DNA of 64,000 nt from a virus: IMG/VR virus record IMGVR_UViG_3300047284_000202, positions 1 to 64,000 of that record, one strand, 5' to 3'. The notes below the pieces were generated by a model that was not told the DNA's origin, searched no databases, and saw only the letters and a program-made list of their open reading frames with translations. Positions 18,076 through 26,625 of this stretch are shown in pieces (the stretch's first letter is position 1; each line of letters opens with the position of its first letter). The position numbers and the translations under genes are program-made.

Positions 18076-20372
18076 GCAACGGTACAAAAGTTACGAAGAG
18101 AGACGGCAAGCAGGAATACCTGAATCTTGATAAGATTCATACCATGGTAGAACATGCATGTGCTGATCTAAGTGGAGTCTCTGCTTCTCAAGTAGAAATT
18201 CAATCTGGAATTCAATTTTATAATGGAATCACTACGAATGAAATTCAAGAGATCTTGGTTAGATCGGCTAGTGACCTCATTACTCTTGACAATCCAAACT
18301 ATCAGTTTGTTGCTGCTCGTCTTCTTCTGTTCGGTCTATATAAGCAGGTCTTTGGAGCAAATTGGAAAGTAGAATTTCCAGATGTTCATGATCATCTTTG
18401 TGGTGGTGTTTCTCTAAACATTTATGATGGAGAACTTCTCGGTAAGTATTCCATGGAAGAATGGGATAAGATCAATTCATTTATTGATCATGAACGTGAC
18501 TTTTTGTTTACATATGCTGGATTGCGTCAAGTTGTAGATAAATATCTTGTACAAGATAGAAGCACTGGGAATGTCTTTGAGACACCACAATATGCATACA
18601 TGCTGGTAGCAGCAACTATCTTTGCAGAGTATCCAAAAGAAACCCGTCTATCTTATGTCAAACGATACTACGACGCAATCAGCAAGCACAAAATCAACGT
18701 TCCCACACCTATCCTGGCAGGGGTGCGAACTCCACTTCGACAATTTGCGAGCTGTGTTCTTGTTGATAGTGATGACTCCCTCGATAGCATCTTTAGTAGT
18801 GACATGGCTATTGGTCGTTATGTTTCTCAAAGGGCAGGAATCGGCATCAACGCAGGTCGCATCCGTGGCATCAACAGTAAGATCAGAGGGGGAGAAGTTA
18901 CGCACACAGGTGTTATTCCATTCCTCAAAAAGTTTGAAGCAACTGTCCGATGTTGCACTCAGAATGGCATCCGTGGTGGATCAGCAACTGTTCACTTCCC
19001 CATCTGGCACAAAGAAATAGAGGACATCCTTGTATTAAAAAATAACAAAGGAACCGAGGATAACCGTGTTCGTAAGTTAGACTACAGTATTCAAATTAGC
19101 AAGTTGTTCTATGAACGATTCATCAAGAACGAAGAAATCTCACTCTTCTCTCCGCACGACGTTCCTGGTCTGTCTGATGCTTTTGGACTTGCTGGTTTTG
19201 ACGAGTTGTATAACACTTACGAACGAGATGAGTCTATTCCAAGAAAGACTATCGGAGCTCAAGAACTCATTCTGGACCTTCTGAAAGAACGTGCTGAGAC
19301 TGGTCGTATCTACATTATGAATATCGACCACTGCAATGAGCACTCTTCTTTCAAGGATAAAGTTTGGATGAGTAACCTCTGTCAGGAGATTACACTTCCC
19401 ACCAAACCCATTCAACATATTGATGATCCCTTTGGTGAAATTGCTCTGTGTATTCTCTCAGCAATTAATGTTGGTAAGATCAAACACCTTGATGAACTAG
19501 AAGATCTTTGTGATCTTTCTGTTCGTGGATTGGATGCACTAATTGATTATCAAGAGTATCCAGTTCGTGCTGCTGAAATTTCTACAATTAGCAGGAGATC
19601 TCTAGGTATTGGTTACATTGGTCTGGCACACTATCTTGCTAAGCACGGTGAGCACTATGATGATCCTAAAGCATGGCAACTAGTTCATGATCTCACAGAA
19701 GCATTCCAGTATTACCTACTGAAGGCATCTAATCAACTTGCTAAAGAAATTGGTGCATGTGATTACTTTGATCGCACTAAGTATGCAGATGGTATTCTTC
19801 CGATTGATACATACAAAAAAGATGTAGATAACATTGTACCTAATAATCTAAACTATGATTGGGAGACACTTAGAGCATCCATCCTGGAACACGGTCTTAG
19901 GAACTCAACACTGTCCGCACAGATGCCATCGGAGAGCAGTTCCGTTGTGTCAAACGCAACAAATGGAATCGAGCCACCTAGAGGATACTTGTCCGTTAAG
20001 AAATCAAAGAAAGGACCTCTTAAGCAGATTGTCCCCCAGTATACAACTCTTAAGAATAACTATACGCTTCTTTGGGATATGCCTAACAATACTGGTTATA
20101 TCAATATTGTTGCTGTTATGCAAAAGTTCTTTGATCAGGCAATCTCGGGTAACTGGTCGTATAATCCAGAGCATTATCCCGATAATGAGGTTCCTGTGTC
20201 GGTGATGGCACAAGATCTTCTAACTACATATAAGTACGGTTGGAAAACCTCTTATTACCAGAACACATATGATGCCAAAAAAGATGTAGATGATAACGAA
20301 GAAAAACTAAAAGCACTTCTTTCTGATATTGAATTAGAAGGTGATGATGATTGCGATTCGTGTAAAGTTTAA
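18072..20372 (+). CDS. nrdA: Ribonucleotide reductase class Ia, alpha subunit
   Basis: ATP cone VTKRDG; TPILAG; FASCVL; SNLCQEI; C-terminal CDSCKV. Confidence 0.98.
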   Translation: MSNGTKVTKRDGKQEYLNLDKIHTMVEHACADLSGVSASQVEIQSGIQFYNGITTNEIQEILVRSASDLITLDNPNYQFVAARLLLFGLYKQVFGANWKVEFPDVHDHLCGGVSLNIYDGELLGKYSMEEWDKINSFIDHERDFLFTYAGLRQVVDKYLVQDRSTGNVFETPQYAYMLVAATIFAEYPKETRLSYVKRYYDAISKHKINVPTPILAGVRTPLRQFASCVLVDSDDSLDSIFSSDMAIGRYVSQRAGIGINAGRIRGINSKIRGGEVTHTGVIPFLKKFEATVRCCTQNGIRGGSATVHFPIWHKEIEDILVLKNNKGTEDNRVRKLDYSIQISKLFYERFIKNEEISLFSPHDVPGLSDAFGLAGFDELYNTYERDESIPRKTIGAQELILDLLKERAETGRIYIMNIDHCNEHSSFKDKVWMSNLCQEITLPTKPIQHIDDPFGEIALCILSAINVGKIKHLDELEDLCDLSVRGLDALIDYQEYPVRAAEISTISRRSLGIGYIGLAHYLAKHGEHYDDPKAWQLVHDLTEAFQYYLLKASNQLAKEIGACDYFDRTKYADGILPIDTYKKDVDNIVPNNLNYDWETLRASILEHGLRNSTLSAQMPSESSSVVSNATNGIEPPRGYLSVKKSKKGPLKQIVPQYTTLKNNYTLLWDMPNNTGYINIVAVMQKFFDQAISGNWSYNPEHYPDNEVPVSVMAQDLLTTYKYGWKTSYYQNTYDAKKDVDDNEEKLKALLSDIELEGDDDCDSCKV

Positions 20373-20382
20373 GGAGAATTAA

Positions 20383-21525
20383 ATGGTAGAAGGTATGACC
20401 GTATTCAACACCAGCAAAGTTGACGTTAAAAAACAACCTATGTTTTTTGGTGCCCCACTTGGGGTTCAACGTTACGATGGATTTAAATATCCAGTTTTCG
20501 ATAAACTTACAGAAACTCAGACTGGATACTTCTGGAGACCCCAAGAAGTATCCCTTCAAAAGGATCGTGCAGATTATGCACAACTCAGGCAAGAACAAAA
20601 GCACATCTTTACTTCTAATCTGAAGTATCAAATTCTTCTAGATTCCGTTCAGGGTCGTGGTCCTTCGTTGGCATTTCTTCCATACTGTTCTCTACCAGAA
20701 CTAGAGGCATGTATGGAAGCATGGGGATTCATGGAAATGATTCATTCCCGTTCATATACTTACATCATCAAGAATGTATATTCAGATCCTTCTGAAGTCT
20801 TTAATACTATTCTTGATGATGAAAAGATTCTTTCACGTGCTCAGTCTGTGACTAAAGCATATGATGAATTCATTCGAGCAGCACAAGATTATGGTTCTGG
20901 TAATCAATGGAAGCATCAACTTGAGGGTGTTCCTGCTGCTAAAGAAACATTGTATGAGTTGAAGAGAAAACTTTATCTTGCAATGATGAATGTCAACATT
21001 TTAGAGGGGATTAGATTCTATGTTTCGTTTGCTTGTAGCTTTGCGTTTGGTGAACTCAAACTCATGGAAGGATCAGCTAAAATTATCTCTCTCATCGCAA
21101 GAGACGAAAGTCAGCATCTTGTCATCACACAAAATATTATCAACAAGTGGCGTGATGGAGATGACCCAGACATGCTCGAAATTGCTAAAGAAGAGCAAGA
21201 AAATGTTTATGAGATGTTTAGACAGGCAGTAAATGAAGAGAAGACCTGGGCAGAGTATCTGTTCAAAGATGGATCTATGATTGGTTTGAATGACAAACTA
21301 CTCAATCAATATGTTGAGTGGATTGCAAATCGTCGTATGAAGTCTATTGGTCTTAAACCAATCTATGATGTACCACAGAACAACAATCCACTTCCTTGGA
21401 CTGAGCATTGGTTGAATTCTAAGTTGATGCAAAATGCACCACAGGAAACAGAAATTGAATCCTATGTGATCGGTGGTATTAAACAGGATGTTAAGAAAGA
21501 TACATTTGTAGGATTTGAACTATGA
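20383..21525 (+). CDS. nrdB: Ribonucleotide reductase class Ia, beta subunit
   Basis: FWRPQEV; DSVQGR; EMIHSRSY; EGIRFY; DESQH. Confidence 0.98.
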   Translation: MVEGMTVFNTSKVDVKKQPMFFGAPLGVQRYDGFKYPVFDKLTETQTGYFWRPQEVSLQKDRADYAQLRQEQKHIFTSNLKYQILLDSVQGRGPSLAFLPYCSLPELEACMEAWGFMEMIHSRSYTYIIKNVYSDPSEVFNTILDDEKILSRAQSVTKAYDEFIRAAQDYGSGNQWKHQLEGVPAAKETLYELKRKLYLAMMNVNILEGIRFYVSFACSFAFGELKLMEGSAKIISLIARDESQHLVITQNIINKWRDGDDPDMLEIAKEEQENVYEMFRQAVNEEKTWAEYLFKDGSMIGLNDKLLNQYVEWIANRRMKSIGLKPIYDVPQNNNPLPWTEHWLNSKLMQNAPQETEIESYVIGGIKQDVKKDTFVGFEL

Positions 21526-22859
21526 GTGTACCTGCATCAGGAGTATCTCTTATCAAAGAGTTTGAACATTGTGAGTTAGTTGCATACCCTGACCCCAAAA
21601 CTAAGGGGAAACCATACACTGTGGGTTGGGGTAGCACTCGCAAAAAGGATGGATCTCCTTTTAAGTTGGGAGAAAGGATCACCCAGAAAGAAGCAGACGA
21701 ACTCTTTGATTATCAAATTCAAAATGAATTTCTCCCGCAACTGAAAAAGATTCCATATTGGGAGGAAATGAATGACAATCAAAGAGGGGCTTTACTTTGC
21801 TTTGCTTATAATCTTGGTGGAGATTTTTATGATCATCCTGACTTCAATACTATTACAAGGGTCTTGAAGAATAAGGAGTGGTCTAAGGTTCCTGATGCAC
21901 TCTATTTGTATAGAAATCCTGGAAGTGATGTGGAGGCAGGATTGGCAAGAAGGAGAAAGGCAGAAGGTAATATGTGGAAAAGTGGCTTAGTATCTACAAC
22001 AAAGGAGGTTGATATGTCAAAAATATTGCTAAATTTTTACAAGTTCTATGATGAGAACAATCAAAATCATGTTGCTGCTGTCAGTTTACTAGAGGCAGCA
22101 ATTCCAGAATACCTTAAACAGGATTCACCATGGGTTGTCACCTATAGAGGTGGTAATGCATCTGGTGGTCCTGTAGATTTGCATAAGTTCTTTGAACATT
22201 TCTCTGAACGCAATCCCAACCACGTTAAGGCAGTCTCACAACTTGAGGAGGCACTTGCCAAGACTCATCCCCAATGCCTCGTAGAGGACGGTGTAGGGGG
22301 GTCTACGGATGCTGCTTGGATCGAGAAGTACCGTACCAAGCCACCCATTCCATCTATTCTCGCAGTGCCCTACTTTAATCAAGTAGATAACTACAGAGAT
22401 GCACATAGAACTTGCAACAGTTCTTCATGTGCTATGTGTCTTGCTTTCCTCAAACCAGGAAGCATTAAAGGTGATGATGAATATGTTAAAAAAGTCTTTG
22501 CGATTGGTGACACAACAGATCATAGTGTCCAGACAAAGGTTCTTGCATCGTATGGTGTCAAGTCTCACTTCTCATATAATCTTTCATTTGCTGATCTGGA
22601 TAAGTCCCTTGCTGCTGGAAAACCAGTAGTTATTGGTATTCTCCATAGAGGTTCTTTGAGTGCTCCTACTGGGGGACATATGGTTGTAGTTATCGGTAAG
22701 AAGGGTGATGGGTATGTTGTCAACGATCCATACGGTTCATGTAACGATGGATATACTGGTCCTGTGACTAATGGTAAGGGTGCTGTCTATAGTAAGTCCA
22801 TGCTCAAAGCACGTTGGTGCCCTGGTGGTAACGATGGCTGGGGTCGTATTTTTGATTGA
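21522..22859 (+). CDS. Endolysin-like protein: GH24 lysozyme plus C39-like peptidase
   Basis: IKEFE...AYPDP...TVGWGST...GLARRRKAE; C-terminal VPYFNQ...TCNSSSCAM...GHMVVVIG...VNDPYG. Confidence 0.88.
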   Translation: MSVPASGVSLIKEFEHCELVAYPDPKTKGKPYTVGWGSTRKKDGSPFKLGERITQKEADELFDYQIQNEFLPQLKKIPYWEEMNDNQRGALLCFAYNLGGDFYDHPDFNTITRVLKNKEWSKVPDALYLYRNPGSDVEAGLARRRKAEGNMWKSGLVSTTKEVDMSKILLNFYKFYDENNQNHVAAVSLLEAAIPEYLKQDSPWVVTYRGGNASGGPVDLHKFFEHFSERNPNHVKAVSQLEEALAKTHPQCLVEDGVGGSTDAAWIEKYRTKPPIPSILAVPYFNQVDNYRDAHRTCNSSSCAMCLAFLKPGSIKGDDEYVKKVFAIGDTTDHSVQTKVLASYGVKSHFSYNLSFADLDKSLAAGKPVVIGILHRGSLSAPTGGHMVVVIGKKGDGYVVNDPYGSCNDGYTGPVTNGKGAVYSKSMLKARWCPGGNDGWGRIFD

Positions 22860-23095
22860 TTATGGCAAATACTAGTTATTACATATGGTTGTTAGTTTTT
22901 GGTATTGTTGGATATATCTGCATTCTAGATGAGAATGTACCAAAATTTCTTTATCTCATACTGCAGATAATCAGAATACAGATTGTTAGATTCTTCTGGG
23001 GTATTCGTCTCAGAGCAGGTTTAGAATTTCAAACCTGGAAGATGAAGAGAGATATGAAGAAGTGGATTAAAAATAAGGAACAGGAAGGGGGTTGA
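22856..23095 (+). CDS. Small membrane protein
   Basis: N-terminal TM segment and basic tail; adjacent to the lysin. Confidence 0.65.
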   Translation: MIMANTSYYIWLLVFGIVGYICILDENVPKFLYLILQIIRIQIVRFFWGIRLRAGLEFQTWKMKRDMKKWIKNKEQEGG

Positions 23096-23120
23096 CACCC
23101 CTTCTTTTTTTCACTAGAAT
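23084..23120 (+). promoter_or_regulatory. Terminator hairpin with a nested sigma70 promoter
   Basis: GAAGGGG/CCCCTTC plus T run; TTGACA(23092)-17-TAGAAT. Confidence 0.7.
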
Positions 23121-23178
23121 CAACCATGTGGAGGGTTGAGACAAATTATAAATACTTCTTAGAGAAAAAAGAGAATAA

Positions 23179-24222
23179 ATGAAAACATATACTCAGTTCA
23201 TTGAAGAGTGTTATGAATATATTCTTGAAGGTGCTTATAACGACGAACATGCACTTAGAAAGACTTGGAATCACTTCATGGTTCATAAAAAGCACGGTGC
23301 TGAAGTAAGACAACATCTAGATGCTGGTGATCATAAAGCAGCACTAGATCATATGAAGTCTGAAGTTGAGAAAGCAAAGTCAGATCCTAAGCATCCACTA
23401 AGTTTCGAGAAAGCTAAGAGAGGATTTAAAACTGGTAAGACTGATGCAGATAGAAAGTCATACCATCAAGAGTTAGATAATGCTGTACATGGTGCACATA
23501 CATTGGCAACTAAAGAAAGAAGAACTGCTAATGCTGCCAAGAAAGGTCTGCCAATGCAGAACACTGGAGCAGGTAAAGCACCAGTAACAGCATCATGGGA
23601 AAAGACTGGTGCTAAGAATACAACTCCTAAGAGAGATGTTGAAATCCATGATCCTAAGAATAAGAAGCATGGTATTGGTATTAGTATGAAGAAACCTGGT
23701 GGTTCTCAACTAATGTCAGGTGGTCCAGAGGAAACACATGCAACTATCAAACATGCTGCTAAGAGACATGCTGCAGAACTAGTTAAGTCTGGTAAATCAA
23801 AAGAAGAAGCAGATGTAGCACATAAGGATATTGTCAATAGATCTGAAAGAATTTCATGGTTAGTGAAGGGAATGGAGAAAGGATCTCCCGCAAGAAAGGC
23901 AGCAATTAAGCAAGCAGCACAGAGACACATTGACCACATGCATGACAATCATCCTGGACTAGAGAATCACATCGGCAGTGAGGCATCTAGTGGCAATCAG
24001 AAGTTCGGTAAGAGGGTCTCAGCAGGGTCTGGACAGGCATCTGTGGTTCTCAAGGGTGCAGACACCAAGAAGGGTGTGGAGGCAAAGGCACAGGACATCA
24101 GCAGAAGAGAACGTGCCCGTGGATTCAAGGGTAAGTTGAGAGCAGCATTACCTAAGAGTGACAAAGTAAATCCAAAGACAGGTAAGACTAGATCTGGTAA
24201 CGTTAAATTAGATGAAAGATGA
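23179..24222 (+). CDS. His/Lys-rich protein with a T4-like capsid-targeting N-terminus
   Basis: Starts MKTYTQFIEE; TATAAATA at 23147-23154; TPKRD...ISMK motif. Confidence 0.75.
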   Translation: MKTYTQFIEECYEYILEGAYNDEHALRKTWNHFMVHKKHGAEVRQHLDAGDHKAALDHMKSEVEKAKSDPKHPLSFEKAKRGFKTGKTDADRKSYHQELDNAVHGAHTLATKERRTANAAKKGLPMQNTGAGKAPVTASWEKTGAKNTTPKRDVEIHDPKNKKHGIGISMKKPGGSQLMSGGPEETHATIKHAAKRHAAELVKSGKSKEEADVAHKDIVNRSERISWLVKGMEKGSPARKAAIKQAAQRHIDHMHDNHPGLENHIGSEASSGNQKFGKRVSAGSGQASVVLKGADTKKGVEAKAQDISRRERARGFKGKLRAALPKSDKVNPKTGKTRSGNVKLDER

Positions 24223-24397
24223 TTGATAGGAAAAAATTTACATGTCCTCATTGTGGTGGAGTATTTGGTATAGGACCGAAAGGTGAAGCATCTATTTACT
24301 CCTATAAAATCTATACCTCTCACGTAAATAATTGTGAGAAGAAACCAAAACAATGTAAAAGTTGCTAACTAAATATCTCCATAACGGAGGTCTTTTA

Positions 24398-24832
24398 ATG
24401 GGTAGTTATGAAAATCCTTGGATGTTTAATTCAGAAGTTTTTGAATCGGATAACATTGAAGATTATTTTGGTTTTGTTTATCATATCTACTGCACTGCAA
24501 CTGGTAAGTCGTATATTGGTAGAAAGTATTTCTGGAGTTTCCGCACACCGAAGGGCAAATCTAGAAAGGTTAAATCAGAGTCTGATTGGAAAAATTATTA
24601 TGGATCATGTCCCGAACTCAAAACCGATGTTAAACTTTGGGGCAAAGCATCCTGCAACAGAACAATACTTAGCCTCCATAAAACAAAAGGACAGTGCAAC
24701 TTCGAAGAAACAAAACAACTCTTCTTGAATAATGTACTGACAGAGGCACTGGAGGATGGAAGTCCTGCCTACTACAATTCAAATATTCTCGGAAGATACA
24801 TGCGTAAAGATTACTTTGGGAAGGGGGCTTGA
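24398..24832 (+). CDS. GIY-YIG family nuclease-like protein
   Basis: GFVYHI...SYIGRK...YYGS...E...YYN. Confidence 0.75.
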   Translation: MGSYENPWMFNSEVFESDNIEDYFGFVYHIYCTATGKSYIGRKYFWSFRTPKGKSRKVKSESDWKNYYGSCPELKTDVKLWGKASCNRTILSLHKTKGQCNFEETKQLFLNNVLTEALEDGSPAYYNSNILGRYMRKDYFGKGA

Positions 24833-24858
24833 CAGGGCAGGCAGGGGTGCTATATAAT
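24829..24858 (+). promoter_or_regulatory. Sigma70-type promoter for the tRNA-Arg/ncRNA transcript
   Basis: TTGACA-18-TATAAT. Confidence 0.75.
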
Positions 24859-24884
24859 TACTAGGTAAGCAACGGAGACGACCG

Positions 24885-25043
24885 ATGACTGACAAAGAGA
24901 TTCAAGATTATTTCTACGATTCTCAAATTTATCAATCTACTGTTGATGAACTAGTCGATAAACTCCATGAACTTATCTCTCAGGGTGATTTCTGCAAAGC
25001 ACAATTGGTTGCTGAGACTATCCGAGAGTTGCAATTGGGATAG
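24885..25043 (+). CDS. 52-aa hypothetical protein
   Basis: GGAG RBS; MTDKEIQDYFY...; stop lies in the tRNA-Arg 5' end. Confidence 0.55.
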   Translation: MTDKEIQDYFYDSQIYQSTVDELVDKLHELISQGDFCKAQLVAETIRELQLG

Positions 25044-25110
25044 TAGCTCAGTGGAATAGAGCAACTGCCTTCTAAGCAGTCGGTCGATGGTTCGAATCCA
25101 TCCTATCTCG
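25037..25110 (+). tRNA. tRNA-Arg(TCT)
   Basis: Cloverleaf; ACTGC-ctTCTaa-GCAGT; GGTTCGAATCC. Confidence 0.93.
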
Positions 25111-25240
25111 TAGTCACGGAGAGACTTAAAAAGTACTGGTGGAGTCAATTTTGACCCTATTATGCCCGTCACGGATGGACGTTAACAGCACTGGTCGGGA
25201 ACCCCCCTACGGAGTTTCTAGTTTCTCTCAAAAACTGGTG
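25111..25240 (+). ncRNA. manA-like RNA, 5' part
   Basis: Two GTCACGGA..GAC..ACTGGT-hairpin modules, then an H-type pseudoknot ending TGGTG; follows a tRNA; family recognised from memory. Confidence 0.6.
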
Positions 25241-25276
25241 TATCCTATATAAATAAATATAGTTATATAGGATACA
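25239..25276 (+). promoter_or_regulatory. Perfect 14-bp hairpin containing a late promoter and the HNH gene RBS
   Basis: TGTATCCTATATAA/TTATATAGGATACA; TATAAATA at 25248-25255; ATG at 25277. Confidence 0.85.
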
Positions 25277-25711
25277 ATGGCAACTAGAGAACAAAAGTTA
25301 GAAGCAAAAAGACGCTACTATCAAAAAAATAAAAACAAACTAAACTCAGAATCAAGAGAACTCAATACTAGATTGAGATATGAAAAGAAAAACTTTATCA
25401 TAGAATCTCTTGGATCTAAGTGTTGTGAGTGTGGGATTACTGATTGTCTAGAAATAGATCATATCAATCCTGGATTAAAAAAAGATAGAAGATGTCTTTA
25501 TGTTTGTTCTTGGGACAGAATCAAAAGTGAAATGGACAACCTCCAACTTCTCTGTAGTGCATGTCACCATGAAAGATCTCAACTTCAAAAAGATGCTTCG
25601 TGGTTTTATTTTAAAAATCTTCCCCTAGAAGAACAAAATAAAATAATGAAGCAGTTTAAAGAGGGAGGTTCTAACTTGCCTTCCTGGTCCCCGCAAGATA
25701 AGGGACAATAA
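25277..25711 (+). CDS. HNH homing-type endonuclease
   Basis: CCECG...LEIDHINP...NLQLLCSACH. Confidence 0.9.
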   Translation: MATREQKLEAKRRYYQKNKNKLNSESRELNTRLRYEKKNFIIESLGSKCCECGITDCLEIDHINPGLKKDRRCLYVCSWDRIKSEMDNLQLLCSACHHERSQLQKDASWFYFKNLPLEEQNKIMKQFKEGGSNLPSWSPQDKGQ

Positions 25712-25788
25712 AAATTCTTGCTGGTGCGGATGGGACTCTCTCCCGCCTGGTTTCCAATTTCCAGTCAAAGAATTGGTGGCGAGCCTGG
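25687..25788 (+). ncRNA. manA-like RNA, 3' part
   Basis: Pseudoknot GTCCC/GGGAC with GCAAGA/TCTTGC; TGGTGCGGATGGGA..TCCCGCC; pseudoknot CTGG/CCAG with CCAATT/AATTGG; TGGCGAGCCTG. Confidence 0.65.
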
Positions 25789-25798
25789 AACTTAAGTT

Positions 25799-26242
25799 AT
25801 GGAATTCTCTATTGTTGGACAGTACTTGAATCAAAAACAAGCATTTTCTAACCCTGCTTTTTATGCCATGATTCGTGTCATATATAAACAGGTGGGAGAT
25901 AACAAACTTAAGTCCGAAAACTGGTACGAATATTTGTACCCCTCAGGGGAACCTTATAAACAGGAATATCATTCTTATGATATAATATCCCCTACAGAAG
26001 TTGATTTTCAATCCTATAATATGGACTGGGAACCAACCTGTAAATTTAAGTTCACATGGGATGGGAACTTCTGGGTTGCTGAACCATGTGGTGAGTGCGT
26101 AGTAAAGGATATAAAAATAAACAGTACGGTCAAGTTCAATGATCAGGTTTACATTTCCGAAGATGTAGGTTATGATCGAACAGGAAACGTAGTGTTTGGT
26201 CGAGTGGGAATGCCTTTCATTTTTGATAGGATTCCCATTTGA
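25799..26242 (+). CDS. cpeT: CpeT/CpcT-like phycobiliprotein lyase
   Basis: NQKQAFSNPAFYAMIRV...PYKQ...DVGYD.TGNVVFG...PFIFDR. Confidence 0.8.
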   Translation: MEFSIVGQYLNQKQAFSNPAFYAMIRVIYKQVGDNKLKSENWYEYLYPSGEPYKQEYHSYDIISPTEVDFQSYNMDWEPTCKFKFTWDGNFWVAEPCGECVVKDIKINSTVKFNDQVYISEDVGYDRTGNVVFGRVGMPFIFDRIPI

Positions 26243-26247
26243 TTCCT

Positions 26248-26327
26248 GCCCAAGTGGTGAAATTGGTATACACGCTTGACTTAGGATCAAGTGCTTCGGC
26301 GTGGAGGTTCGAGTCCTCTCTTGGGTA
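26248..26327 (+). tRNA. tRNA-Leu(TAG)
   Basis: CTTGA-ctTAGga-TCAAG; variable arm present. Confidence 0.92.
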
Positions 26328-26329
26328 TT

Positions 26330-26401
26330 ACTCTGGTAGTCTATTGGTAAGGACGGGTGGACAACACACATGGAAACTAGGTTCGATTCCTAGACAGAGG
26401 A
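26330..26401 (+). ncRNA. tRNA-like RNA with an aberrant anticodon arm
   Basis: Intact D and T arms; mismatched acceptor ends; anticodon loop lacks U33. Confidence 0.6.
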
Positions 26402-26508
26402 AATAAGGTAAGGAAAGTAAAAGGAGCATGGGAACCGTATGGAGATACCGCACCTGCCTTGTTAACACCCCTCAAGCCTATCAACGATGCTCAAACAGAG
26501 GGGTCACT

Positions 26509-26580
26509 GCGGATTTAATTCAGTGGTAGAATGGCTGCCTTCCAAGCAGTTCGTCAGGGGTTCGAATCCCCTAATCCGCT
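26509..26580 (+). tRNA. tRNA-Gly(TCC)
   Basis: GCTGC-ctTCCaa-GCAGT. Confidence 0.93.
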
Positions 26581-26625
26581 TGAGTTCTAAACTCTTATAA
26601 ATAAATTCATTAAAGGTCGAAAATC

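Noticed and set aside
3123-21525. Inteins or introns in gp43, gp41 and nrdAB
   Set aside because: Proteins are contiguous and of normal length
25241-25726. Group I intron interpretation of the HNH insert
   Set aside because: No recognisable P/Q/R/S core and too little non-coding sequence; splicing is not formally excluded
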